Assembly (NCBI RefSeq): GCF_036321535.1
Contig: NC_087441.1
Coordinates: 29,698,001 to 29,762,000 of the forward strand
From: Camelus dromedarius
Taxonomy: Eukaryota
DNA length: 64,000 nucleotides
Reading direction: 5' to 3'
How positions within the stretch are numbered: the first letter of the stretch is position 1; each line of letters opens with the position of its first letter. Under the pieces are notes generated by a model that worked only from the letters and a program-made list of their open reading frames with translations, did no database searches and had not been told where the DNA came from. This document shows positions 1 through 14,080 of this stretch, in pieces. The position numbers and the translations under genes are program-made.

Positions 1-671
1 CTGTTGATACAAGTATCTGAAACTTACTTGACTAGATTTGTAAGAACTGTTACAATCTTTGATATACTCTTGGTGTAAAACCTGTTAGTTCCTGTACCAG
101 GTGCCTCCCGACCTGACTCCCACAGCAAATGTTTTTGGTGCTAACTTTTGGAATTTTCACTATGATAGGCAGATAACATTCCAGAAAGGACATGCAGGGC
201 GTGGAAGAAGTCTTTTCCAGGAACCTGTTCCACTGTGAGGAAGTTAAGTGGTGTATCATAGTTCTAAGAGAGAGTAAAACTAACCTCCTTCTCTTCTCTC
301 TGTTTTGTTTGTTTTTTTGCTGTTAAGCTTCCCGTGTAAAATAAAACAATTAAGTCTACTAAATTTTTGTGAGATTATTTATTCCAAGTTTGAGATCATC
401 AGCAGTGTTGACTGGACACAGTCTAAGAATTGTGACCTTAGAAAAAAATTCCACAGTTGAACTCTGGGTTTCTAGTCACCACCTTCCCTTCTCTTCCCCT
501 CGTGCACCGTTGGTAGGATTCCTTGAGTATGCTTTTTACTAGTAAAATAACTGTTAATTCTTGCCTGTAGTGAATAGTACTTTCCCCAAAGGTTTATACA
601 GTCTATGCATTTGAAGTAAAAAAAGAAATAACCAAAGCATATGAATTGAGTCTTTTGTTTTTTTTCCTCAG

Positions 672-850
672 GCCAGGCATCTAGCCTAGTTGTTGGTGAA
701 AAGGACCTGATTCCACTGGTGCCTGAGGAGGCACCTGCCTCTGAAACAGACATCAACCTGGAGGTATCATTTGCAGAGCAAGCAGTCAATCAGAAAGAGA
801 GTGCCAAGGAGAAGACCCTGAGAAGCAAAGGCGATGATGCCCTGTTACCT
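672..850 (+). CDS. ARHGAP18: ARHGAP18 coding exon (human exon 5 orthologue), 179 nt, phase 1 to 0: QASSLVVGEKDLIPLVPEEAPASETDINLEVSFAEQAVNQKESAKEKTLRSKGDDALLP
   Basis: Acceptor tttttcctcag at 661-671, donor gtacgt at 851. Translation matches the recalled human peptide ETDINLEVSFAEQALNQKESSKEK...KGDDATLP. Confidence 0.93.
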
Positions 851-894
851 GTACGTAGCACATTATTGAGATGTCACTAAACATCAGAATGTAT

Positions 895-3575
895 TTTTCA
901 TCAGCTTTCTATTGTGAAAAGTTCAAACACTTAGAAAAGTTGAAAGAATAGCATAGCAAACACCCCTACAGCTTTCATGTAGATCCATTCAACAGTTAAC
1001 ATTGTACAACATTTACTTTGTCTCTTTCTACATCCATCTGTTTGTGTATATGTTGCGCTATCAAATATACACTCACTTCTTTTTTTTTTTTCTTTAAGCT
1101 TAACAAGGCATACAAAACAAAACACAGCTCTAATGCTTAAGAAATTGAATATTTGTCAGGGAGCGTGTATAGCTCAGCAGTAGAGTGAGGTCCCGAGTTC
1201 AATCCCCAGTACCTCCATTAAAAAATACATATATTAAAAAAAAAGAAAGTGAACATGAAAACAATAATTACACTTGTATATGGTCATATTAAAATTTTCC
1301 CAATTGCCACAGAATTGTCCTTTATAGTTCCTCTCTTCCTCACTCCAGCTGGGATTCAAGCAAGGGTCATGTGTTGCATTTGATGTCATATCTTTTTGGT
1401 TTCTTGAATCTAGATCAGGTCTTCTGATTTTTCTTTAATATTTTGAGGGGTCTAAATCAAATTTCTGGTTTTGTCTGTTCTTGATGACTGGATCCAAGTT
1501 AAACCTGTTTAGCCAAACTACTGCCTAGATGGTTCTGCCTCCCATAGCATCATCAGAAGAGGGGCCTGACTTCAGATGGTCCTTTGGTTGAGGATGGATG
1601 TTTGACCACTTGGTTAAGATGTTCACCAGCTCTCCCCATTGTACAGACACCTTTTCCCCTTGCAGCTAATACTAATTTGTGATCCTTAAGACTGAGTGAA
1701 TACCCCGTTGTCACTAACAACCATTCACCCACTGGTTTCACCATGCATTTATAATCTTTAGCTGAAACAGTAATGAAACTAGTGTTTGCGAAGTGGTGAT
1801 TTCTCTCATTCTCTTATTCCTTTTGTAATGATTGACTGGTGATCTGTAGTAATTGCTTTCCTCCCCTTTTCTCTTTTTGTTTTTGAATATCACTCTAGAC
1901 TGATGACTCCTTTTTCATTGTGTTTTATGAATCTTTGTTTTTTCTTTGACTTTTACATTTACCCAAATTTGACAAAAGGTGTCCTTCAAGCCGCGCCATT
2001 TTAACATGGCCCCATTCTTTTGCTTCTTTGCTTTCTAGTACAAGATATTCCAGGTTCACCTTGTACTTTTTCCTCCCAGACTAGAAAGAATCTACTTCTT
2101 CAAAGAGCCCTTGTTTTTTCAGTAGCAGATTGTATTTGGAGACCAAGCTCTGTGTACTGAGTGTTCTCATTGCTACTAAATGTCTTATATTTTTTAAAGT
2201 TACATTTACTTATTTTGTAGAATTTCACACACATGGAAGTTAAAAAGCATAGTGTAATGAGCCCCCAATACTCATCACCTAGCTCCCAACGTTCATTAAC
2301 TCAGGGCTAGTCCTGACCTGTGCATGCCCCCAACTAGTTCCCCACTGTGTTATTTTGAAATACATCTCTGAATTCTGTTTTGTCATCTATAAATATTTCA
2401 GTATATATTTCTGAAAGATAGTTTTTTAAAACACATACCTATAGTACTATTATTGTATCTAAAAAATGCTAACAATTCTTCATTTCAAATATCTGATCAG
2501 TGTTCAAATTTCAAATTGTATCACAAGTTTCATGATTTTTTTTTTACAGTTTGAATCCAAATAAAGTTCATGCATTGCAGTTAGTTGATAATGCCTTTTA
2601 AGACTCTTTTAATCCCGCCCTCCTGCCCTCCCTCCCTCCCTCCCTCCCTTCTTCTGTCTCCGTGTGGGTCTCTTTCTCTGCCTCTCTCCCTTCCCTCTCT
2701 CCCTTCCTTCATTACTCTTCATTTTTCCCCTATCCTTTCTTCCCTCTGTTCCTTTTTCCCTGCTCCAAAATTTGTTTGTTGAAGGAACCTGGTTATTAAA
2801 GTTTCTAATTCTGTCCCTGTGTTCTTCTGTCCCTTGTAAATTGATTACCTCTGGATGTATCAGATTCAGGCTCATTTTTTTGGTCAAGACTACTTCATAC
2901 GTGATCAGGTATCAAGAGTCACTGAACATCTGGTTGTCTTTCTCTTTCATGAAACTAGCAGCTGCTGCTGATCACTGCTTGAACCCATACACTTACGAAG
3001 GGTGACAAAATGATGTTCTAAGTTCTTTTTTTTCATTTATTAATTTAAATACTTCTTTTAAGAAAAACTGTCTCAAATGGGTTACCTTTTCCTTTTATTT
3101 ACTGGTTTTCCTTTTTTTTTTTTTTTTTGGTTCCCTAGCATCTTTCACTTGTGAACAATTAGCATTGTTTTATTTTCTTGTAAAAATAGTATCTTAACTC
3201 ATGGATTTAGACATCTAAATGAGAAAATTTCTCATATGTTTCTGGTATATTTTCTGCTCCATATCTAGAATTGTCTATCTCTGCAAGAAACCCTGATTCT
3301 GTTTGGTAGAAATATACTTCTGTGACTGTGTTCAGGACACTAGGAGTGTTCCTTTCTCTGGGGTGGCCATTGCTTTAAGCCTTTTCAGAGGACAGAATTA
3401 CATGTATCTTCTTTCTTCCATGCTGAGAATAGTGGTTCTCAGGATACAGCAGATAATATAATCAGAATATCACATAATTACTTGTTTGTTTTATCCTCCA
3501 TTAATGCACAGCATTCTCAGAATAAAAATACTAACACTGCTGTCAACAATATGATTACTTGAAAATAATTTAAAC
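895..3575 (-). mobile_element. Cluster of ancient L1MC/L1ME-type LINE-1 3' fragments (at least two copies, nested or tandem)
   Basis: Antisense L1MC-like 3' UTR motifs such as tataaatatttcagtatatatttctgaaagata and ttgaatccaaataaagttcatgcattgcagttagttgata. Boundaries are approximate. Confidence 0.65.
1159..1243 (+). mobile_element. Camelid tRNA-derived SINE (Vic-1-like) with an internal deletion of the anticodon-arm region
   Basis: gggagcgtgtatagctcagcagtagagt...gaggtcccgagttcaatccccagtacctcc plus A tail. It lacks the gcatgcttagcatgca segment present in the other three copies. Confidence 0.8.
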
Positions 3576-6500
3576 TTGTTTTTCTTTTCTTCCGTTGTTT
3601 GTATCCTTGGGGTGGATCCCAAAAGGACTGCCATAATCCAGTTACTCTGTTTTAGGTTGTTTAGGATGGTTATTCTCCATATAGGTAAGTCACCAACTGC
3701 ATACCTGGTTAGGTTCATTAGTTTCACTTTGTAGTCAATGTTTAGGGATTGCTTTTTTGAAATTTAATTTTATTTTAGAAGCATGTGTATTATTTACATG
3801 GCCAAAAGTCAAAGTGAAAAACAAGATATATTAAAAGTCTCACTTTTATCCTTGAGCCGTCACCCTCTTCTCTCCTTCCCCCTTCCAGGTAAATTTACTG
3901 TGCAGGTAAATTTCTTTTGATTTTAACTTTATGGTTTATCCTTCCATTCTTAGAAGAGTGGAAGTCCACTATCCACACTTTTCTCCACCTTGGTTTTTTT
4001 TTTGGTGGGGTACTTATTGGTATGTTCTGGAGATTACTTCATAATAATATAGAGAAGTATTTCTTGTTCTTTTTTATTTATACTCTGTACCCCATTGTGA
4101 AGATGTATCACAGTTTATTCAACCAGCTACCTGATGGTGGACATCTAGGTTATTTCCAGGCTTTATCATATATTTTTAAAAATCCATTTTAATCCTAGTG
4201 GGAAAAATAAAGGAGTATGTATCATATGGCTTCAAGAGATGATCCAGGTCCCAGACCATCCTTAGCAAAACTATCTTTTAAAAGTGATTGTCTTCTATAT
4301 CTCAACAGATGGGAGGGGGTTTAAGTGAAGGATAGGAGAGTCTAATTAAACAAGACACAGTGGACTTTTAAGTTGCTAATTCAAACAGTGGAATAAAATA
4401 AAAACTCATCTCTGCTTCCGAGACTTAAAAACAAAACTTCCTCTCTCATTTTTTTCTCTGCCTAACAGACTAAATTTTGCTCACCTACCTTCTTGATTTT
4501 ATTCATGTTGTGCTGCCCCAAGCTTACAATGACCTTCCCATGACTGCCCCTCTGTTGTTCCATGTTTACTAAGGAAGCCTTAACTAACCCTTTAGGGTCT
4601 ATTTCAGTTCTAACTTTACTGTTAGGTCTTTCCTGATTGTGAACTTACATTAGATAAAATTTAGAAAATCATTTTTAAAACTGTTAAGATGCCATGCTTT
4701 TGATAATTACTGTCAAATTATAGTATCCTTGTATTTATTTATGCATATATGTATCGGTTTATGTATACAATCATTTATTTGTTTGTATATCTTCTAGAAG
4801 GCATGGGCATACTTGTTAGCTTTCCACAAGTCCTCAGCATGGTTGGTGAAATGAATATTTATATTCATTACTCTGAGGCAGGAGTCTAAGCAGATAAAAC
4901 CTTAAATTCTATTTCTACTTCATGCTCTCCCACTTCTGTAAATGAACGGGAGGCTCTATGTAATGCGTGGTTCCCCATTGACCTCATTTTATATTCACTT
5001 CCTTTTTCTTACGGCATCCAGCAGTCTTTATTAATTCTTTACACTCTCTCACAGCAGACTCAAATGTCTCCTCTTAAATTTGGAGATCAGGTTTTATAAC
5101 CTTCAATGGGTGTTAGTTTGAAAATTAGGTACTAATTGTGTTTTGTGTACCCACGATATCTTAGAAAGTATGCTCTGTAGATATTTCATTCACTTATCAA
5201 TGATCTGTATGAGGCAGATATTACAATTCCTGTTTTTCATACACAGAGACAGGTTAGAGAGATTGCATGGCATGCTAAGGCTTGGCTTTAGTGACTAAGC
5301 TTTTGAAGCAGGAGTTTTTTCTGGAAGATCCTGTTGACCCTCCTTGATGTGCCCTAGGGGTATGTGTTCATTTCATTTAGGTGTGAGGTTAAGTGTCCTT
5401 GTCCTTGGATTGGAGCTACTAACAACTTATTTAGGATAGCTTGGGATATTATGTAAATGAAATTCTGGTTTGTTGAGTCCATCATATACGATAAAAATTT
5501 AATATCACTCCTTCATCTTACCTTGGGAGACTTAAAACATTAAGGATTTATTCAGGAATTTTTAAGATCATAGCTTTGAAGTGATAACTATGGTGTAAAG
5601 TGTATATTCTAGATGCATGCCTGTATTTTAGTTCTTAGGTCTTTATTCAGTGTCTTTTGGATTCTTACTGAATTATGTTTAATTCAAGTAAATTCATGTT
5701 TTATAGTAATTTTGGTTGGAAACAAAGCTCTGCGCATACTGAAGGCCAAAAACTTGCATGGAGGCCCAAGTTGGGAGTTTGCTAGAGAATAGAACACCTC
5801 TGGAGGAAGGAAGCAGAGGGACAGTAAAAGAAATGGTGGTTCAGTATACAGTGAGGAGACTGAAAACCTAAGACAGACCCACGTCTGGACACCATACAGA
5901 ACTAGGTGTGTAGGGTCATGATCCTGAATTGTCAAGAAAAGCTTAAATTATGGTTATTGCTCCCCATGTAAAAAGATAAGGAAATTTTAAGAAGTGTAAA
6001 TTTGAAAGTTTCCTAAAATCTCATTTATCTAGAAAGGTATCCATTCTCTAGAATGACAGTGAATGAAACACCATAATAAAATCACATTTTACACATAGAA
6101 AAGTCTTAGGTAAGAGATGAATGTCCTAGCAGATGATAAGAAGCCATCTGTGGAAACTGACCAGTAGGAATAGATTCTCTTGCTTTCTGAGCTGACGTTA
6201 GAGTGACTTGATGCGTGAAAAAGTCAAGTCCATCATTACTGACAAAGTTTCTGATGGGCCCCTCCTATTCCAAGGCCTACAAAAGAGGGGTGCAGCCTGG
6301 GAGAATTACCTGATTAATTTATGGTAACCACATGGGAACCAGTGACCTTACATTTTTTGAAAATTTTTCTCTCTCCTTTTTCAAAAGCACATTTTTCAAA
6401 AGGTAAAGAGCTTTTCTTTTGCTGAAACTGCACTGCCTTCTCTTAGCCAATGAACTGAACCATCCAGGCTATTAACTAAACAAAAATGACATGAAACTTC

Positions 6501-7706
6501 ATAAATATTTAAAGCCACTGCTATGAATTAAACATTGGGATAAAGAACTAACTCCTTTCATTAAGCACAATGTTAGATAAATAAATAAATAAATAAAGCT
6601 CATGACAGATTGCAAGGTAATTCAAATGTTTGAACTAATAATATTTCAGGTTTCTTTAAACATTTACCTTGGGTAATACTTTAAATAATTTTATTACATG
6701 TGTTTGACTTATTAGACTAAAAGCAACTGATTTTAGTGAAACATTTAGGACTTTTTTTTTTTTTAATAAATGGTTGGTAAATAGAATTGGTTCAGCCCTT
6801 CAGAACATAAAGCAATTAACAGAACTCTGGGGCCAGGCATGAAGAAAATACAGAGAGTTTTGTGTGATTTAAAAGTGAAGCTCAGTACAAATCATGGGAA
6901 ATTGAGGGAGCATCAGGCCAGTGACCCTGAGTCTCACTGAGCTTGATTCTGTACTTTGCTCCCAGGGGCAGGGGGGTCTTCATTTCACTGAATACAGTGG
7001 GACGGAACACCTGCAGTGTGTCACGGCTCTGGTACAGTAGGGAGCTGGGGATGATTAAGACATGGTTCCTGTCCTTGAGGAGTTCACAGTCCCCCATCAT
7101 TACTGATCAGACATCCCTCCCTGTCTGCTGCGGTGGACAGGGAAAATGGAGCAGGACAGAATGGTTACTGAGTTTAGGATTTAGAAGATCCGAATTTGCA
7201 TTCTTATGTCCCTGGCTGGGTACCATATTTAGCCTCTTAGTGAGCCTCAGTTTCCCCACCTAGCATATGCTGTAATCATTCTTATCCTATCAGGACCTTT
7301 GTGGAATAGAATGAGAAATCATTTATCAAATATGAGTATTATCGTTTTTGCCTTACCTTGCAGTAATATTTAAGAGAAAATAAAAGCCATGATACCTGAC
7401 TCCATGTTTTCAACCCCTGTGCAACTGTACTATTAACACTGGAAGTTATGCTGGAAATTCACTTAGGTAGTGTATTGGTGATATCTATTGCTATTCTTTT
7501 AATGTTCTATAGGGGAAAATGTATTAAAAGTTAAGAGAGACCTCCTTTCTCTTATAGTGGACTCTGCTGAGACTTTATCAGGTTCTAAAGAAGATTCTAT
7601 ACTTGGTTCTGTGGAGAAGTATCTAAGATTCTCAGAGTTGGCTTTGCTTGAAGAGAATTAGCTGCTCAATTGCCAAAAGTTGTAGGTTTTAGGAAACGCT
7701 CTAGAA

Positions 7707-8609
<903 letters not shown>

Positions 8610-9842
8610 CTTTAGGACATGTCTTTTGCAATAGTTTCTAGACCATGAAGTGTTAATGCTATGGTGCAAAACTGAGCAAAGTAAAGGGAATAAAAGAGAA
8701 TCAATTCAATACCCTTGGCCATTAAATTAAATTAGGAAATCAAGAGCAAACCCCAAAGTCATAACCTTAATAATAAGATTTTTATCAAACTCTTAGAGAA
8801 TGATTATTGTTTTAGTAATTGGTACATACAGTGGAACTATAATTTGTATTAAATATGTTAGAGAAATTCGTGTTTTTATTTTGTTTTTCTTAGTTTCACA
8901 CATATTCAATATGAAGAGGCTGAATAGGTAGTAGATAACATTTGAGAAAGGCACAAGACAATAAAGACACCACTTATTTGCCTGTGATAGAAGTGTATCT
9001 AAGCCTCAGTTAATTTATTCTGTAGTGGAAGTAATAATAGTAGCAACCACATAGAAGTGCTTGGGAAATACCAGGCATTTAAACCTCATAGCAGCCCTTT
9101 GAATTAGGGGAATTCTCCCTTCCCCTCCCCCTCTCCGCCTTCGTATTCTCCTCTCCTTCCCCCGCCTCTCCCCACTGCCTCCTATTTTACTACCAGAATC
9201 CCACACAGCTAGTCAGTAGTTAGATGACTGGTAGGCATTGTGTCTCTGAAGTCCATGTTGAGTCTCCCCTCTGCCCTCCGCAGTGCAATACAGTCCTTCT
9301 GTACCTGTCTTATTTGCATTTTTGTGACAATATTATATATGCCATATATACAATATTATACATACAATGTCATGTATTACATGTATATGGCAATTAATAA
9401 TAACGTAGGTCCAGGGTCCCTGGCACAGTCTGAGCACTCACTGGTGGCCACTCCTCTTCTTTCTCATCTCTTCTTCACCTTCCCTCCCTCTTCCTCCTCC
9501 TCATGGTTTGTCTTGCCTTCTCTTCCTTCTTGGTTCTCTAAGGTCTGTTAATTCGAGTTTTTTTTTTTTTTTTACTGATTTTGTCCTCTTGGCCACTGGT
9601 ATTCATATTCTTGGCACATGGCCTGGTTCCCTTGTCTGTCAGACTTTTATTGATTTCCTACAGGTTTGCAACCAGCATTAAGATAGGATTGCTCTCCGTT
9701 CCAACTGGAGAGATCCTGCTACAGCTTTCATTGTCAGTCCTCTTGAGTGTAACTTCTTTCTGTAGTTACAATTTTGTCTTCTTTCATTAAAAAAGGGGTT
9801 AACTACTGTAAACCTTTACTATATTAATGGTATTTATTTTAG

Positions 9843-10008
9843 AGTTTCAGATTGCCAAAAGACAAAACAGGCACCACCAGGATCGGTGACCTGGCACCCC
9901 AGGACATGAAGAAAGTTTGCCATTTAGCCCTAATTGAGCTGACTGCCCTCTACGATGTATTGGGTATTGAACTGAAACAACAAAAAGCTGTGAAAATCAA
10001 AACAAAAG
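9843..10008 (+). CDS. ARHGAP18: ARHGAP18 exon 6 orthologue, 166 nt, phase 0 to 1: SFRLPKDKTGTTRIGDLAPQDMKKVCHLALIELTALYDVLGIELKQQKAVKIKTK
   Basis: Acceptor tatttattttag ends at 9842, donor gtaatt at 10009. Overlaps ORF 9852..10034, and the peptide is essentially identical to human ARHGAP18. Confidence 0.97.
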
Positions 10009-11466
10009 GTAATTTTGAAATGAAAAGTGGTTGAATTTACTCCTAAAGTAGTAAGAATGAGCTTGGCTTTTTAGAAATATTCTTGTAGGGGTGGGAAACA
10101 TCTACAAAATAAACCAACACTTGAATACATCCACAGTTCAGACTCTAAAACATTCCTTGCAAAATTTTTATGACTTGATGAGAATGCACTGCCTCCTAGA
10201 TTATAAAAAATAAAGGGATAATCAAATGTTTAATTACCATAGAAGGAAATTAGAAGGAAATTCTGAGTCAAGGTTTCTTAACTCAAATGGGCTCTCCTTT
10301 GAAAACTACATTTAAAAATAACATTTGGTACATATACTTATTTCCAAAATTGGATCTTGAAAAATAACTTTAAGATGGTTGTTCCTGATCAATTACTTTT
10401 GCTTATTTATTTGATGGCAAATACATAGGGCAGTTAGTAGTCTGTCCCTTTGTTCATTTACGTTAACTATTTTGCAAAAAAATATTCTCCCCTATATTAA
10501 GAAACTAGTGCAGTTGTGGCACAGAATGTCACTGAATTGTGCTTCTTATGGGTTTGTGTGGTTTTTTCCTTTGTTAGCAGCTTGCTTTACCCATTACATA
10601 AATAGACTTTATTTTTTATAACATGGTAGAGAACAGACACCTCCTCAGTTTTTGTTTTTCCAAAATTTTATTGGCCTGGAAATCCAGATAATTTTCTGTT
10701 GACAAAGCTTTACTGTTTAGGAATCTCTAACATCTCCTTTAACTTTAAAGGCATCTCTTAAAGAGAAACCAAGAATGAGGATTACTGAGTTGCTATGGTA
10801 ACGTTAGCAAAGACAAGTGTTCACCTGATTTAAGTTTTAGAGGCAATTTCTCTGTAGGATTGAAGTGTACCTTCCCTTCAGGTCCTTTCTCCCATGCTGG
10901 GCCCCAGAAGACCTCATTCTGTGTTCAGTTCCTTTGAGTGAGTGTTTTAGCTTAAGGCTTGGGATGGTGAATTTCTGAGTCAAACATTTCTTCTGGTTTT
11001 CCACAGTCCATTGTGAATAATGAAGATTCAGATGCTTTTTCAGAAGCTCATCACAAAGTCTTCTCCAAATACTAAATATAAATATAATTTAAATAGCTGT
11101 GACTCAGTGCTCAAGACTTTCAAAGTGGCTTAAAGAGGTCTTTTAATTTTATGTTTTAGAATTGCCTCCTATCAGAGAGAGAAATATTAAGCCGTTCTCA
11201 TTAAGAATATCACTATTAATATAACAGATTTTCTTTTCATCTTTTTTATATGTTTGTATCTTATTTATCTTACATTATAAACTAGGCTTTTGACATTCTT
11301 GAAGATTGCTTTTTCCCCCCCTAATTCCTAAACTACAAGTTATTTACTGGGTTATTGGCATTTGCTTGAATGTCATCTCTGTTGACATGGCAGTTTTCAT
11401 GTCTGTTTTTATATCACAAGATAATCACCTTTTCCATGTTCATGAATGATTTCTATCTATTTTTTT

Positions 11467-11726
11467 TTTTGCACTCATAGGATTATAATATAGTTTCCAA
11501 TTGATATGCTCTTTTATACTTTGATTTTTCTATTCAGGAAACAAATTTATTTCAAAAGCTCATAATTTTTTATTTCATGGTGATGCTTTCAGTGTTATTA
11601 CTTGTAACTGTGATTACATGGCATCATTTTCCTGTCTTATATTATCTGGCTTTGTATAATTGAGATCTCAGTTCTGTAATACATAGGAGTGGGAACTGCT
11701 TATAAATTTCTAGGGAATGACGATGT
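11467..11726 (+). repeat. Copy 1 of a ~250-bp local direct duplication (partner 12592-12905)
   Basis: Direct sequence comparison shows near identity from ttttgcactcataggattataata to agggaat. Confidence 0.95.
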
Positions 11727-12199
11727 GTGTTACACTTCTGTGCTTACTGTTCACTCTGTAATAGGCGTGGGGTAGGAGGTGCTGGGTAGAAGCGATGCTC
11801 ACCCTAGACTGAAGGTGTATGATTTTAATTTAGAAAAATTATAACTTATTACCTGTTGTTTCTTCTGGAGTTATTTTCAAATATATAAAACTACACATTT
11901 AAATCCACAAAGACCAAGCATTTGCTGTATTTTCTCAAGAAAAACTTCTATAGAATAAGATCATAATGTTGGCCGATTTCTCAAAAAGCAGATGTTTATA
12001 TTTTACTGTATTGTAGAATGTCGACTGTCAATTAAGTATGGAAGAGATGAGTGATACTTGTTTTAAGCCAGAAGCTTTAGTGTGATTACATGTAGTGAAT
12101 GATCTGCAGATTCTGCCTACTCCCACAGCACTGTTTCTCTTATGTACCAGTTTATACTTTTCTAATTATTTTGGTGATTGTTTATAATCGTTTGTCAGG

Positions 12200-12325
12200 T
12201 TGTCTTTCCTTGCTAGATTGCGCTATAAGGCAGGGCCAGAATCCTCCAGCTGGGTTGTGTATCCCTAATGGCTCGACAGCGTCACTCACTTAGGTGCTCG
12301 GCAAATACCTGTCTGATTGAATGAC
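12200..12325 (+). mobile_element. L2 LINE 3' end fragment
   Basis: tgtctttccttgctagattg...taggtgctcggcaaatacctgtctgattgaatga resembles the L2 3' terminus. Confidence 0.55.
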
Positions 12326-12428
12326 AAGATCAGGAATCTGTTGCCTTAACATTTTTGCATTAATATTTTATAGGTTGATGAAAGTGAAGACATTTTACCT
12401 TTTTTTTTTTTTTTTTTTTTGGTGGCAG

Positions 12429-12520
12429 ATTCTGGCCTGTTTTGTGTTCCATTGACAGTACTGTTAGAACAAGATCAGAAGAAAGTCCCAGGAACTCGAA
12501 TACCTTTGATATTTCAAAAA
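12429..12520 (+). CDS. ARHGAP18: ARHGAP18 exon 7 orthologue, 92 nt, phase 1 to 0: DSGLFCVPLTVLLEQDQKKVPGTRIPLIFQK (start of RhoGAP domain)
   Basis: T21 tract plus ggtggcag acceptor ending at 12428, donor gtaagt at 12521. Contains the typical RhoGAP N-terminal FxVPL motif. Confidence 0.96.
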
Positions 12521-12591
12521 GTAAGTAGGCCTGAATGGGTCAGCATAGAGAGAACATACTTGAGCTAACGGTGGGTTTTCTTTTTTGTTTG

Positions 12592-12905
12592 TTTTGCACT
12601 CATAGGATTATAATATAGTTTTCCAATTGATACGCTCTTTTATACTTTTTCTATTCAGGAAACAAATTTATTTCAAAAGCTCATAATTTTTTATTTCATG
12701 GTGATGCTTTCAGTGTTATTACTTGTAACTGTGATTACATGGCATCATTTTCCTGTCTTATATTATCTGGCTTTGTATAATTGAGATCTCAGTTCTATAA
12801 TACATAGGAGTGGGAACTGCTTGTAAATTTCCAGGGAATTGAATCCTCATGAATATTTCATGCCTGTATGTATTTCCCAGGCTTTCCTATTTACAGTGAC
12901 GATGT
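12592..12905 (+). repeat. Copy 2 of the ~250-bp local direct duplication (partner 11467-11726)
   Basis: Same sequence with about 4 substitutions and 2 small indels, plus a 58-bp segment absent from copy 1. Confidence 0.95.
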
Positions 12906-13589
12906 CCAATTAATTTACTAGTGCCTACTTCCAAAGTAGTCAAAGAAATCATAAAGTAGAATTAGAAAATGATTGCTAAACTATGAAGTCACTCGTACAG
13001 TCAACACTCAATTATTCATAAGGGGATTATCTATGACAATATAAAAATTTCAGTCTAAACTTCAAGCTATCATTATTCAGGAACACAGATCACATTTGAT
13101 AAAAGACAGAGAATGCCCATGAGGAAGGTGGGTCAGATCAGTTATGGGCTACTCAACGTGTAGGTTGTTGCAACAGCCCAGGGATTTCACAGTTTTTGGA
13201 AGTTCTGGGGTGGCAAGAGTGGCAGTTGGGACTTTCACAGTTGTTTGGTTCAACAAGTTCATCAACACTACTCAGATTCAGTCTGCTTGGCGCTAATTCT
13301 TCTGTTACTCCCAGTCTTTTACCATCTTACCTATGAAGCTCCGATTCCTTCATTCCTCATATTCACTCATTACATCCAAACCTGTGTCTCAGTGTTTCTC
13401 CTGATGGACTTTGTTCTGCACAGACTGCCTGCAGAACCTGGATGTGTGTGCATAGCTGTCAGCAGTCTCTGCGATTAACAGAGAGATGCTGACAAATGTA
13501 GCCATATATTCAGGTTCTTTCAATGGTGGTGAAAGGTGTGAGTTACTCTACACAGGTGGACAAAGCAGGGATCTCAGCAGGATCCTTTC

Positions 13590-14080
13590 CCTGGGTTCTC
13601 CAAGAGAAACAGAACCAGTAGGAGATTTTATCTAATGTTTATACCTGTGTCTATATATCTATATATTGGTATACATATATAGAGAGATTTACTTTAAGGA
13701 ATTGATGACTTATGCAGTTGTGGGGCCTGGCAAGTCTGAATTATAAAGAGCAGACCAGCAGGCTGGAAACACGGGCAAGAGTTAATGTTTCAGAGTCGAG
13801 TCCAAAGTCTGCAGGCTGGAAACTCTGGAAGGGTTTCTATGTTGCAGTCTTGAGACAGAATTGTTTCTTCTTTGGGGAACCTCAGTCTTTACTCTTACAG
13901 CCTTCAACTGACTGGATGAAGCCCACTCACATTTTAGAAAGTAATTTCTTTACTCAGAGTCTACTGATTAAATGTAAGTCACATCTAAAAATATCTTCAT
14001 AGCAACATCTAGACTAGTGTTTGACCAAACAACTGGGCACTGTAGCCCAACCAAGTTGACACATCATGTTCACCATCACA
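13590..14080 (-). mobile_element. ERVL solo LTR (MLT2-like)
   Basis: The reverse complement begins TGTGATGGTGAACATGATGTGTCAACTTGG (MLT2 start), and the other end carries ggttctcc..agagaaacagaacc. Confidence 0.8.

Noticed and set aside
2585-3005. Overlapping ORFs rich in L/P/S or G/R/E
   Set aside because: Products of a (CCCT/CT)n low-complexity tract inside an old L1.
10240-10261. 11-bp tandem duplication tagaaggaaat x2
   Set aside because: Short slippage event typical of AT-rich introns, with no further significance evident.
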